Assembly: GCF_018350175.1 (NCBI RefSeq)
Contig: NC_058368.1
Span: 218,800,001-218,864,000, forward strand
Length of the DNA stretch: 64,000 nucleotides
Source of the DNA: Felis catus
Lineage: Eukaryota
Reading direction: 5' to 3'
The notes below the pieces were generated by a model. The model saw only the letters and a list, made by a program, of their open reading frames with translations, searched no databases and had not been told where the DNA came from. The translations under genes were made by a program, and so were the position numbers. This document shows, one piece after another, positions 38,526-51,255 of this stretch (within the stretch, counting starts at the first letter, position 1; each line of letters opens with the position of its first letter).

Positions 38526-41500
38526 TCAGGATCCACATAAGAGTGAAAAACATATGGTATCTGTCTTTCTCTGTAGGACTTATTTCACTTAGCATCACAC
38601 TCTCCAGTTCCATCCATGTTGCTACAAAAGGCCCTATTTCATTTGTTCTCATTGCCACATCGTATTCCATTGTGTATATAAACCACAATTTCTTTATCCA
38701 TTCATCAGTTGATGGACATTTAGGCTCTTTCCACAATTTGGCTATTGTTGAGAGTGCTGCTATAAACATTGGGGTACAAGTGCCCCTATGCAACAGTACT
38801 CCTGTATCCCTTGGGTAAATTCCTAGCAGTGCTATTGCTGGGTCATAGGGTAGGTCTATTTTTAATGTTTTGAGGAAACTCCACACTGTTTTCCAGAGTG
38901 GCTGCACCAGTTTGCATTCCCACCAACAGTGCAAGAGGGTTCCCGTTTCTCCACATCCTCTCCAGCATCTATAGACTCCTGATTTGTTCATTTTGGCCAC
39001 TCTGACTGGCGTGAGGTGATATCTCAGTGTGGCTTTGATTTGTATTTCCCTGATGAGGAGCGATGAGGAGCATCTTTTCATGTGCCTGTTGGCCATCTGG
39101 ATGTCCTCTTTAGAGAAGTGTCTATTCATGTTTTCTGCCCATTTCTTCACTGGATTATTTGTTTTTTGGGTGTGGAGTTTGGTGAGCTCTTTATTGATTT
39201 TGGATACTACCCCTTGGTCCGGTATGTCGTTTGCAAATATCTTTCCCATTCCATTGGTTGCCTTTTAGTTTTGTTGTTTCCTTTGCTGTGCAGAAGCTTT
39301 TTATCTTCATGAGGTCCCAATAGTTCATTTTTGCTTTGAATTCCCTTGCCTTTGGAGATGTGTCAAGTAAGAAATTGCTGCAGCTAAGGTCAAAGAGGTT
39401 TTTCCTGCTTTCTCCTCTAGGGTTTTGATGGTTTCCTGTCTCACATTTAGGTCCTTTATCCATTTTGAGTTTATCTTTGTAAATGGTGTGAGAAAGTGGT
39501 CTAGTTTCATTCTTCCGCATGTTGCTGTCCAGTTCCCCCAGCACCATTTGTGAAAGAGACTGTCTTTTTTCCATTGGATATTCTTTTCCTGCTTTGTCAA
39601 AGATTAGTTGGCCATACTTTTGTGGGTCCAATTCTGGAGTCTCTATTCTATTCCATTGGTGTATGTGTCTGTTTTTGTGCCAAGACTATGCTGTCTTGAT
39701 GATTATAGCTTTGTAGGAGAGACTAAAGTATGGGATTATGATGCCTCCTACTTTGGTCATCTTCTTCAAAATTACTTTGGCTATTCGGGGTCTTTTGTGG
39801 TTCCATACAAATTTTAGGATTGCTTGCTCTAGCTTTGAGAAGAATGCTGGTGCAATTTTGATTGGGATTGCATTGAATGTGTAGATAGCTTTGGGTAGTA
39901 TTGACATTTTAACAGTATTTATTCTTCCAGTCCTTGAGCATGGAATGTTTTTTCCATTTCTTTGTATCTTCTTCAGTTTCCTTCACTAGCTTTCTATAAT
40001 TTTCAGCATACAGATCTCTTACATCTTTGGTTAGGTTTATTCCTAGGTATTTTATGATTCTTGGTGCAATTATGAATGGGATCAGTTCTTTATTTGTCTT
40101 TCTGTTGCTTCATTATTAGTGTTTAAGAATGCAACTGATTTCTGTGCATTGATTTTGTATCCTGCGACTTTGCTGAAATCATGTATCATTTCTGGTAGAC
40201 TTTTCGTGGAGTCTATTGGGTTTCCCATGTATAATATCATGTCATCTGCAAAAAGTGAAAGCTTAACTTCATCTTTGCAAATTTTGATGGTTTTGATTTC
40301 TTTCTCTTGTCTGATTGTTGATGCTAGAATTCCAACACTATGTTAAACAACAACGGTGAGAGTGGGCATCCCTGTTGTGTTCCTGATCTCAGGGAAAAAG
40401 CTCTCAGTTTTTCCCCATTGAGGATGATATTAGCTGTGGGCTTGTCATAAATGGCTTTTATGATGTGTAAGTATGTTCCTTCTATCCCGACTTTCTTGAG
40501 GTTTTTATTAAGAAAGGATGCTGGATTTTGTCAAATGCTTTTAATGCATCGATTGACAGGATCATAAGGTTCTTTTCTTTTCCTTTATTAATGTGATGTA
40601 TCACATTGATTGATTTGAGAATGCTGAACTAGCCCTGCATCCCAGGAATGAATCCCACTTGATCATGGAGAATAATTCTTTTTATATGCAGTTGAATTCA
40701 ATTTGCTAGTATCTTACTGAGAATTTTAGCACCCATATTCATCAGGGATATTTGTCTATAGTTCTCTTCTTTTTGCTGGGTCTCTGTCTGGTTTAGGAAT
40801 CAAAGTAATACTGACTGCATAGAATGAGTCTGGAAGTTTTCCTTCCCTTTCTATTTTGTGGAACAGCTTGAGAAGGATAGGTATTATATCTGCTTTAAAT
40901 ATCTGGTAGAATTCCCCAGGGCAACCATCTGGTCCTGGACACTTATTTATTGGGAGATTTTTGATAACTGATTCAATTTCTTTGCTGGCTATGGGTCTGT
41001 TCAAGTTTTCTGTTTCTTCCTATTTGAGTTTTAGAAGTGTGTGGGTGCTTAGGAATTTGTCCATTTCTTCCAGGTTGTCCAGTTCATTGGCGTATAATTT
41101 TTTATATTATTCCCTGATAAATACTTATATTTCTGCAGGATTTATTGTAATAATTCCATTTTCATTCATGATTTTATCTATTTGGGTCATCTCCCTTTTC
41201 TTTTTGAGAAGTCTGGCTAGAGGTTTACCAATTTTGTTTATTTTCAAGAAACCAACTCTTGGTTCCATTGATCTGCTCTACAGTTTTTTTAGATTCTATA
41301 TTGTTTATTTCTGCTCTGATCTTTATTATTTCTCCTCTGCTGGGTTTGGGGTGTCTTTGCTGTTCTGCTTCTATTTCCTTTAGGTGTGCTGTTAGATTTT
41401 GTATTTGGGATTTTGCTTGTTTCTTGAGATAGGCCTGGATTGCAATGTATTTTCCTGTCAGGACTGCCTTCACTGCATCCCGAAGCGTTTGGATTGTTGT

Positions 41501-42340
41501 ATTTTCATTTTCATTGTTTCCATATGTTTCTTAATTTCTTCTCTAATTGCCTGGTTGACCCATTCATTCTTTAGTAGGGTGTTCTTTAACCTCCGTGCTT
41601 TTGGAGGTTTTCCAGACTTTTTCTTGTGGTTGATTTCAAGTTTCATAGCATTGTGATCTGAAAGTGTGCATGGTATGATCTCAATTATTTTATACTTACG
41701 AAGGGCTGTTTTGTGACCCAGTACGTGATCTATCTTGGAAAACGTTCCATGTGAACTTGAGAAGAAAGTATATTCTGTTGCTTTGGGATGCAGAGTTCTA
41801 AATATATCTGTCAAGTCCATCTGATCCAATGTATCATTCAGGGCCCTTGTTTCTTTATTGACTGTGTGTCTAGATGATCTATCCATTGTTTTAAGTGGAG
41901 TATTAAAGTCCCCTGTAATTACTACATTCTTATCAATAAGGTTGCTTCTGTTTGTGATTAATTATTTTATATGTTTGGGGCCTCCGTATTTAGCACATAG
42001 ACATTTATAATTGTTAGCTCTTCCTGATGGATAGACCCTGTAGTTATTATATAATGCCCTTCTTCATCTCTTGTTACATCCTTTAATTTAAAGTCTAGTT
42101 TGTCTGATATAAGTATGGGTATTCCAGCTTTCTTTTGACCTCCAGGAGCATGATGGATAGTTCTCCATCCCCTCACTTTCAATCCGAAGGTGCCCTCAGG
42201 TCTAAAATGAGTCTCTTGTAGACAGCAAATAGATGGGTCTTGTTTTTTTTTACCCATTCTGATACCCTATGTCTTTTGGTTGGAGTATTTAGTCCATTTA
42301 CATTCAGTGTTATTATTGAAAGATATGGGTTTAGAGTCAT
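38526..42340 (-). pseudogene. Disrupted L1 ORF2 (APE endonuclease / reverse transcriptase)
   Basis: Starts MTLNPYLSIITLNVNGLN, with ICCLQETH, SKIDH, SDHN, PGPDG, IPKPDRD and [12 protein letters not shown] spread over several frames. Confidence 0.93.
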
Positions 42341-42408
42341 TATGATGTCTGTAGGTTTCATGCTTGTAGTGATGTCTCTGGTACTTTGTGGTCCTTTCAA
42401 CATTTCAC

Positions 42409-43275
42409 TCACAGAATCCGCCTTAGGATCTCTTGTAGGGCTAGTTTACTGGTGATGAATTCCTTCAGTTTTTGTTTGTTTGGGGAGACCTTTATCTTCT
42501 ATTCTGAATGACAGACTTGCTGGATAAAGGATTCTCAGCTACATATTTTTTTCTGTTCATCACATTGAAGATTTTCTGCAATTCCTTTCTGGCCTGCCAA
42601 GTTTCAGTAGATAGATCTGCCACTAGTCTTATCGGTCTCCCTTTATATGTTACAGCATGTTTATCCCTAGCTGCTTTCAGAATTTTCTGTTTATCCTTGT
42701 ATTTTGCCAGTTTCGCTATGATATGTCGTGCAGAAGATCAATTCAAGTTAAGTCTGAAGGGAGTTCTCTGTGTTCTTTGGATTTCAATGCCTTTTTCCTT
42801 CCCAGATCAGGGAAGTTCTCAGCTATGATTTGTTCAAGTACACCTTCAGCCCCTTTCTCTCTCTCTTCCTCTTCTGGATTCCTATGATACCAATATTGTT
42901 GTGTTTGATTGCATCACTTAGTTCTCTAATTCTCCCCTCATACTCCTGAATTTTTTTATATCTCTTTTTCTCAGCTTTCTCTTTTTGCATAGTTTTATCT
43001 TCTAATTCACCTATTCTCTCCTCTGCTTCTTCAATCCATGCTCTGGTCACCTCCATTTTATTTTGTACCTCATTTATAGCATTTTTTTAAATCCCCTCAT
43101 GGGTATTTCTTAGTCTCTTAGTCCCTTGATCTGTAGCAATAGATTCTCTACTGTCCTCTATACTTTTTTCAAGCCCAGCAATTAATTTTATGACTATTAT
43201 TTTCAATTCTTGTTCTGTTATATTGCTTAAATCGTTTTTGGTCAATTCGTTAGCTGTTGCTACTTCCTGGAGTTC
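42409..43275 (-). pseudogene. Disrupted L1 ORF1 lacking its start codon
   Basis: ELQEVATANELTKNDLSNITEQELKIIVIKLIAGLEKSIEDSRE..., and the coiled-coil segment IEEAEERIGELEDK...RIRELSD; frameshifted. Confidence 0.88.
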
Positions 43276-43945
43276 CAGATGTTAAGTCCCGTTGGCTGTC
43301 AGAACTCATGTAGTCTGGCCCCTCTGCTTTTGCAAGTCAGACTTGGGGACTCTGCCTTGCCGGGTGGGCCGCCCCTCCACCACCCTGGCTCCCTCCTGCC
43401 AGCCTGTGTAGCATGCACCGCCTCTCCCCCCTTCCTACCCTCTTCCGTGGGCCTCTTGTGTATGCTTGGCTCCGGAGAGTCCGTTCTGCTAGTCTTCTGG
43501 TGGTTTTCTGGGTTATTTAGGCAGATGTGGGTGGAATCTCAGTGATCAGGACGAGGTGAGCCCAGCGTCCTCCTACGCCGACATCTTCTTCCCAAAAAAT
43601 GAAAATTCTTCTCAACATGTTAATAGTACAGATTCTGAATAAAGATTGGAGCCTTTGTATATATCATGACAATCTTAGAAAGAATACATTGTGCCCTAAT
43701 AGATGCCAGAGAGTATACAAATTAATGAACTAATAAATCTGTAATCCCATGGAGTATGGAGACAATTGCAAATGGACACAGAGGAGGCAAGTCTGGCATT
43801 GGATGGGGATGAGGAGTAACAACATTAGTAAGCCCTGTTTTCTCTGACTGAGAGAATATGGGAGAGCATACCAGAATAGAAATGCAATGCAGTGCAAGGG
43901 AACCTATGAAAATTAAAAAATACATATTTAAAAATAAATTTCCAT

Positions 43946-44151
43946 GGGATACCTGGGTGACTCAGTTGATTAAGTGTCCCACTTCAGCTCAGGTCATGAT
44001 CTCATGGTTTGTTGGTTCAAGCCCCGCGTCTGGCTCTATGCTGACAGCTTAGAGCCTGGAATCTTCTTCCGACTCTGAATCTCCCTCTCTCTCTGCCCCT
44101 CTCCCACTCTCACTCTGACTCTGTCTCTCAAAAATTAAAAAAAATGTGAAA
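43946..44151 (+). mobile_element. Can-SINE
   Basis: TSD aaaaataaatt(t/c)ccat at 43930-43945 and 44152-44167. Confidence 0.96.
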
Positions 44152-44179
44152 AAAAATAAATTCCCATATAAGAACCTCG

Positions 44180-45480
44180 TGAAAGTCAAAACAATATGCT
44201 GCTATTAAAAACAAGCACATAAACCAAGAAATAGCCCAGAATAGAGCCCAGAAATGAGCCCATGCATATATAGTCAACTAATTTTTGACAAGGCTCTAAG
44301 AATACACAAAGAGGAAAGGCTAGTCTTTTCAATAAATTGTGTTGGGAAAATTGTACAGCCACATGTAAAACAACAACAACAAAAAAAATTAGACCCTTAT
44401 CTTACACCATACACAAAAAGCAATTCAAAATTGATTAAAGACTTAACTGAAACACTGGAAGCCATAAAATTCCAAGGGGGGAAAAAAACAAGGGGTAAGC
44501 TCCTTCACCTTGGTCATGGCAATGATTTTTTTATAAGACTCCAAAATATCGGTAACAAAACCAAAACCAAACAGGTGGGACTACATCAAACTAAAAAGCT
44601 TCTGTAAAGCAAAGTAAATCAACCAAGTGAAAAGGCACCCAAAGGAATGAGAGAAAATTTTTGCAAACCATCTATCTGATAAGTGATTAATATCCAAAAC
44701 TCCAACTCAATAGCAAAACCAAATAACAGCTAAAAATGGACAAACTAAATGAATAGTCATTTTTTCAAAGACAACCTACAAATGGCCAACAGCAACATGA
44801 AAAGGTGCTCAGCATTACTAATCATCAAGATAATATGATCAAACTAGGATGAAACATTATACCTGTTAGGATGGCCATCTCATCAAAAAGGTAAGAGATA
44901 ACAAGTGTTGATGAGGGTGTGTAGAAAAGAGAGCCACTTGGACATTGCCGGTGGGAATGTAAATTGGTGTAGCCATAATGAAAAAAACAGAATGGAAGTT
45001 CCTCAAAAAATTAAAAACAAAACTACTTTATCCAGTAATCCCACTCATCTGTATATATCCAAAATAAATGAAATCAGGATCTCTAAGAGGTATCCACAAT
45101 TCTGTGTTCATTGGAGCACTATTCACAATATTGAAAATATGGAAACAAGTGTCTATCAATAGATAAATGTATAAACAAATGTGATATATACATATAATGG
45201 ATATTGTTCAAATAGAATCCTGTCATTTGCAAAAATATGATGAACCTGGAAAAGTTTATGATAAGTGAAATAAGTCATATGGAAAGATATATACTGTATG
45301 ATCTAACTTCTGTCTATAATCTAAACAAAATTGAGCTCACAGAACTGGAGAATAAAATAATAGTTGTTAGGGACTGAGGGATAAAGGAAATGAAGAGATA
45401 TTGGTCCAAGGTACAAACAAACATACAGTAATAAGATGGGTAAGTTCTGGGTATCTAATGTAAAGCGTGGTGACTTTAGA
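44180..45480 (+). mobile_element. Old L1 (L1MA-type) ORF2 3' part and 3'UTR
   Basis: ORF remnant IYSQLIFDK...KLDPYLTPYTK; 3'UTR ataagatgggtaagttctgggtatctaatgtaaagcgtggtgact. Confidence 0.85.
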
Positions 45481-45559
45481 AAATATAAAATCAAAAATTT
45501 AGAATTCCATGTTTGAAAAACTGAAATTGATTTTATCTGCTTAATTATTCTAAGGCTAT

Positions 45560-45760
45560 GATTTACATTCTTGTGTTGCCACTTACGAGCTATGCAATGT
45601 TTAGATAGTTAGATAAACTGTCTCAGTCACAATTCTCCCCAAATTACAAGATGGATAATATAAATCATGAACAGTTATTACATTGGCTGAAATGTCAGAG
45701 TTTTTTAGTAACAATTTTGTGAAATACACATAGGCACTTAGGGACAAGTCAGTTTGCTGT
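45560..45760 (+). mobile_element. MIR fragment
   Basis: tgccacttacgagctatg..tagttagataaactgtctcagtcacaattctcc..acacataggcactt. Confidence 0.5.
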
Positions 45761-46639
45761 ATAAATTTACGGCTTACCAAAAAATTTAAGAATTTGGTTG
45801 TTGATGGTTGTTCTTCCAGTTGGCAAAAATTTGTAATCCTTGAGGGAGTATTCTTTTTTTAGTTGACAAGTAGAAAAACAGATTGAATAGCTTTTTCGTT
45901 ACACCCAGGAAAACAAGCGCAGCAGAAAGCAAACGGGTTAAGACTGTGTGAAAGGTAACATGAGACATGTTAGATGATGCACTATTGTTGAACACTATCA
46001 TATTCACTTAGAAAGCACATTAAGTGATGCAATCCCTAAACTATGGTTTGTTTTCTTCTGTTAATCTAAATTCAGATAAAGTGCTCATCACTTTTATCAC
46101 CATTATTAGCAATATGATACCTATATACTTTTAGTTTGAAATATATGAATACACATCCATAGATGTTGATTTCAAGGGGCTATTCCAATTGCTGGGCATT
46201 ATTGATGCTGTAACTATAAAAGACATATTTGTAAATTTCATATAAATATAAACTTTCAATTCATTAATTAGGCAGTATATAAATAACCTCTGAGGAACAT
46301 CTTCTTTGTCCAGTATAGTTCATAATTGCTTTATAATAAGAATTGAGTCAACCTTCAATAAGATCTCTAAATTGAGTTTCATTCACTAAACAATTTATAT
46401 AATCATGGGAAATATCAGGGACCTGTTACATAAACATTGAAACCTCTGAAAAATGGTATGTTATGAACCCACCAAAAGCAATATTTTCTGAAGTATTTAA
46501 TACCATAAATTCATGAAGATTAATTTACAAAGAAGTCAGAAATGTATCATCTGAGAAGGTATAAAAAATTACAAAGCAATATACTGCAACATTTATTTTC
46601 AGGTGACTTTATTTTTTTTTATATGTTTAACAATGAAAA

Positions 46640-46846
46640 TTTATTTTTTTAAGTTTATTTATTTATTTTGAGTGAGACAGAGAGAGTGTAAGCAGGGGAG
46701 GACAGTGAAAAAGGAAGAATCTCAAGCATGCTCTGTGCTGTCACCACAGAGCCCGTGTGGGGCTTGAACTCAAGAGACTGGGGGATCATGGACTGAAAGG
46801 AAGTCAAGAGTCAGCCCCTTCACTGACTGAGCTACCCAGGTCCCCC
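46640..46846 (-). mobile_element. Older Can-SINE, antisense
   Basis: ttttttaagtttatttatttattttgag...gggcttgaactc...gagctacccaggtcccc. Confidence 0.92.
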
Positions 46847-47008
46847 AAAAGTTGATTATTAATAGAAAAATTTTGTGTAATAAAAATTTATTTCAAGCAA
46901 TGACTTTTGCTCACCTCAAAATTACCGGTATCAAAATAACTAATATATTGCCTGCCAAAAATCTGTGTGATATTCAACACTTAAAGATTTTTAAATCCTT
47001 TTAGCATT

Positions 47009-47368
47009 TGCTATGAACTGAATTGCTCCCCCTCCAAAATTCATATGTTGAAGCCCTAACTCTAAATATAATGGTATTTGTAGGTGGGGCCTTTGTGAGG
47101 TAATTAGGCTTAGATGAGATCATGAAGGTGAGGACACCAAGATGAAAATATTGACCTTGTAAAAAGTGAAAGAGACCAGAGCTCTCTTCATCAGGAAAGG
47201 ACCTAAAAGACAGTCAGCTGTGCAAGCCAAGACAAGGGCTCTCACTAGGACCAAATATGCCAGCGCCTTGATCCGTGACTTTCCAGCCTCAAGAACTGTG
47301 AGAAATAAAAATGTCTGTTGTTTAAAATACCTAGTCTATGGTTTTGTTGTAGCACCTGAGCTAAGAGA
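47009..47368 (+). mobile_element. MaLR solo LTR (MLT1A-like)
   Basis: tgctatgaactgaattg..ccaaaattcatatgttgaagccctaac..ccagcctcaagaactgtgagaaataaa. Perfect 5-bp TSD gcatt at 47004-47008 and 47369-47373. Confidence 0.92.
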
Positions 47369-48119
47369 GCATTCATAAAGAAAATCCATAATATTTCTTT
47401 GAAAATGAAAATATGCTTAGAAGGAGCCCTTTATGCCAACAATGCCTTTTCAAATGTTCTGCAAGTTTTTTTTTTCTTTTGTAGAAATGATTTTTAGAGC
47501 ATTCAGTATGAGACACACTCCCTTTCCTTTGCTGAGAAAGAAATCAATACCAATGGAGTGCATAGGCCAGTGGTTTGGAGTAATTTTCCTGTATGACTTT
47601 AGATCCTGAAAAGATATTATATAAAACAACTGATGCAGGAGAGTGTAAAACCATTCACAAACTTCACCTGTTCGAACACCTAGAGAAGTTATCTTCTGAA
47701 ATTGTCTTGGGGTATGAGTTTCTTCCTATAGATGAAAGAAATTGCGTTATGTTTCATAATTGGGTAAAAAAAATGTGCATAAGAAATACAGATATCCTTT
47801 TCTGTTTTGGATAAGTAGTAATATACTTAGTGACACCATATCAAGAGAAGGTCATTGGAAGATTATAATTTTATGGCAATAGTCAATGAAAGCATGCTGG
47901 ATTAAAGAAAAATACTTAACACAAAATAGTCTAAATTGTCTTTTTGAAAATCTTGTAGTTATTCATAAAGTTCTCGAGACTCCCTTCTGACACTGCTCAA
48001 CACATAGTGGAATTAGATAAGAGAATCCAGTTGGACACTTGTATTGGAAATCTGTTATAAGAAAATTCTGTTGACTTAAAATAATTTAGAACATCTATTG
48101 AAATAAATTTCATATTTAA

Positions 48120-48715
48120 AAATGAAACTGAAATTAAAACTCACTATATCATTATCCAATGAAATAGAACCATCTTTTTTTCTATTATGGAAAATATAAA
48201 ATATTAATGTGCATTGTAATGTTAAAAAAAACAAACTGATACTATTTATAGAAAATAAAATCCCCTATTAAGAAAATTCAGGAGAATCAAATGAAAAAAA
48301 AAGCATTTAAAGCAAGAGAGTTCATTGAAATGGACAAAGCTCAATTAAAAGTTATGCTTTTCCTATATATGTCCTAGAGACTACCAGTTTAAAAAATGAT
48401 GCAAAACATTTACATTAATAAACACAGCTACTACAAAACTATCAATTGCCTTAAAATAATGCTATAGGAATATGAAAGACATTAAGCTGCGTACCAAAAA
48501 ATAGAAAAGTATATATAAGAAAATTTGAATAAATGAGAGAGAGCTCATGTCTTTTGGTTCAGAACACAATATTGTGTAAATATCAATACTCAATATTTAT
48601 CTGTGAATTCAATTCAGCCTAATTAAAATAGCAACAAGATTATTCAAAGAACTTGGCAAGCCAATTTGAAAATTCATATGACAAAGTAAATGTATAAAAA
48701 GAATAGCTCAAAGTT
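48120..48715 (+). mobile_element. Ancient L1M/L1ME ORF2 fossil
   Basis: aataaatgagagag..ctcatgtcttttgg..caatattgt..aattcaattca..aaaattcatatg. Confidence 0.55.
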
Positions 48716-49873
48716 TGCTAATGTTTTTTATCTTTTGCTTGTCTAAGTAGAAAAAAATGGATATTTTAATTTATGGTGTGAACTCTGCATGAGTCATCCT
48801 ATGCATGAATCATTTTCTTGGAAAAAGTAATGTCTAGAGAACTGTTTAAATGTATTCTAGTTATCCTTCACACTATTTTATATTTTCAGTAGCTATTATA
48901 TGTAAATTATACCCATATTAGTGGTGGTAAACTATACATATATATATGTATATATACATATATATGATGTAATTATAACATATATAACTGATTATATAGA
49001 GTGCATTGTGTATATATAAAACATGCATAAACAGCATGAACCCAGACATACAATATACACAAAATTATATTTTGGATATATGTATTAAAATAAAATATTT
49101 ACATGGCAATTAAGTTATCTTTATGGCTGTGGCTAAATCATATTGAAATGAAATTGTTAAATATAATTAATTTTTACATTTACTTTAACATTTTAAAGTG
49201 TTGAATTGTACTTTTATTTTAATGACTTGAAGTTGGCTTCAAAAAGTATGTTGACTCTCACAAATAGGTAAATAGTAAATGACTATAGATTTTATTTTAT
49301 GCAATTTAAACTAATATTCTGAACACTGCTTCTAATTTTTATTTTCTAGTTTATAAAGTACAATGACAATCTAGATTTCTTTAGTAACCTAATACAAGCT
49401 GAGTTTATATTTTGTTTCTAAATATTTTGTGGACAGATTTTAATTGAAACAAGAAACTATTTTTTTTTTTTTATCATTGTCATGCTCAATTTTAGGTTTA
49501 TTTCCATCCATTTAAATTCTTCTGTTGGCATAGGCTAATTACCTTGGAATGCTTCTCTATCTCAAAAGTCCTTTCAAAATCAGAGAATAACAGCCTTTCT
49601 CCTTTTGTATGTATACACAAATTAGCACCTATTTTACAAAATAGTCACCATATTAATGTTAATGTAATATTCCTGGTAAACAGGAACTAGAATTAATACT
49701 GAAGAAATTCTACCAAGAGGTAGAACAAAGCCACAGTGGCCCCACCATGAGGTCCATGAGGTCTTTGACCCCTAACTGTCCTTTTCACTTATGATGTCTC
49801 ACTATTTACCAGTGCTTCTATCAGGCTGTTTTAAATATACTCAGTTAACACAGTGTCAGGAAAACCTTTTCCC

Positions 49874-50359
49874 ATGTACTCCAATGTTGATAGCAGTGCT
49901 ATCAACACTAGCCAAGTTGTGGAAAGAGCCCAAATCTCCATCAACTGATAAATGGATAAAGAAGATGTGATTTATATATACAATAGAATACTACTTGGCA
50001 ATGAGAAAGGATGAAATCTTGCCATTTGCAACAACGTAGATGTAACTGGAGAGTATTATGCTAAGTGAAATAAGTTAAAGACAGATATCATATGTTTTCA
50101 CTCATGTGGAATTTGAGAAACTTAACAGAAGACCATAGGGGAAGGAAAGGGGAAAATAGTTTCAAACAGAGAGGGAGGCAAACCATAAGAAACTCTTAAA
50201 TACAGAGAACAAACTGATGGTTAAAGAGAGGGGGAAACATGGGTAATGGGCCTTGAGGAGGGCACTTGTTGGGATGAGCACTTAGTGTTGTATGTAAACA
50301 ATGAATCCATACACTGTATGTTAGCTAACTCGACAATAAATTATATTAAAAAAGAAAAA
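49874..50359 (+). mobile_element. 5'-truncated carnivore/felid L1 3' end
   Basis: tggaaagagcccaaat..tggataaagaagatgtg..cgacaataaattatatt plus A-tail. TSD gaaaa(c/a)cttttccc at 49860-49873 and 50360-50373. Confidence 0.94.
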
Positions 50360-50849
50360 GAAAAACTTTTCCCTACTATCCTGGACAAAGGGGGCATAAA
50401 ATTATAATGTTCAAACCTGTAGTAATGCAGCTGAGGGATACTTGACCCTAAAGTTCTTGAGTCTTCAGTGGGGAAAGGTTTAAAAGGAAGTGGCAGAACC
50501 TCGTACAGCCCATCATGGGTAGACTTTATGTCTAATAAATAATAAGTAGTGTCATTTAAAATACAGTAAACCAAACCTCAAGAAAAAGTCAACATTATGG
50601 TAAAATTTATTTTCTGATGAATTGTTACAACTTTCAGTGTGTCAGTTGTCCTTAAAACTACTGTTACTTTCCTACGAAGTATGTAATGTCTTACATTATG
50701 AAAAACCAATTAACTGACACCATGGGCTTATTTTCTGGGCTCTTTTGGAATCAGTAAAATTAAGCATTTAGACTGGCTATTTTTTACTGCTACTAAGCTT
50801 TGAGATAAAATAGAGGACTTAGTATAATAATTGTGATCATGTGCCCCTG

Positions 50850-50855
<6 letters not shown>

Positions 50856-50898
<43 letters not shown>
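50856..50898. repeat. (TA)n microsatellite
   Basis: Perfect TA run. Confidence 0.98.
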
Positions 50899-50900
<2 letters not shown>

Positions 50901-51013
50901 ATCTGGGATATAGAGATAAATATCCCTTCTTTATCTGAAATTTAATCACATGCACTTTTTTTATTTACTAGATCTGGCAACCTTACTGCTGCTGTGGCTA
51001 CTACTTTTACTGC

Positions 51014-51255
51014 TATTACTGACTAACATTTGTTAACTGGCATAACATGTACCATGTAGTTTTTATATATTTTATATGTATTGTTTCATAATCTTCACAA
51101 AAATCACATGTGGATACTATTATTGTATGCATTTTATTTAGAAAAAAAAAACTAAACAAAGAGAAGTTAAATAACTTGACAAAGGCCACACACCAAGTAA
51201 GTGATTTGGCTTGTTTCAAAACCAGTCATTTGAAATTCAGAGTCCATATTATTAA
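51014..51255 (-). mobile_element. MIR, antisense
   Basis: ctaacatttgtt..aatcttcacaa..agagaagttaaataacttgacaaaggccacacaccaagtaagtg. Confidence 0.75.

Larger units (their letters stand above)
38290..43593 (-). mobile_element. Near-full-length felid L1 (~5.3 kb) with 5' end present but ORF1 start missing; inactive
   Basis: On the minus strand: 5' end gggaagaagatgtcggcgtaggaggacgctggg, GC-rich 5'UTR 43276-43593, ORF1 remnant, frameshifted ORF2 (endonuclease, RT, C-terminal domain), 3'UTR and A-tail. Degenerate TSD cccaaaaa..aaaatt.tt at ~38261-38290 and 43591-43610. Confidence 0.97.

Noticed and set aside
38526..43275. The long L1 as an active, autonomous element
   Set aside because: ORF1 lacks a start codon and both ORFs carry many frameshifts and stops.
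43279..43545. GC-rich region with a + strand 88-aa ORF as a gene promoter, exon or ORF0 analogue
   Set aside because: It is the antisense of the L1 5'UTR. The ORF is short and nothing in the sequence supports function.
47593..47814. 73-aa ORF with a protein-like composition
   Set aside because: No recognisable homology or domain, weak splice signals, and a length within chance expectation.
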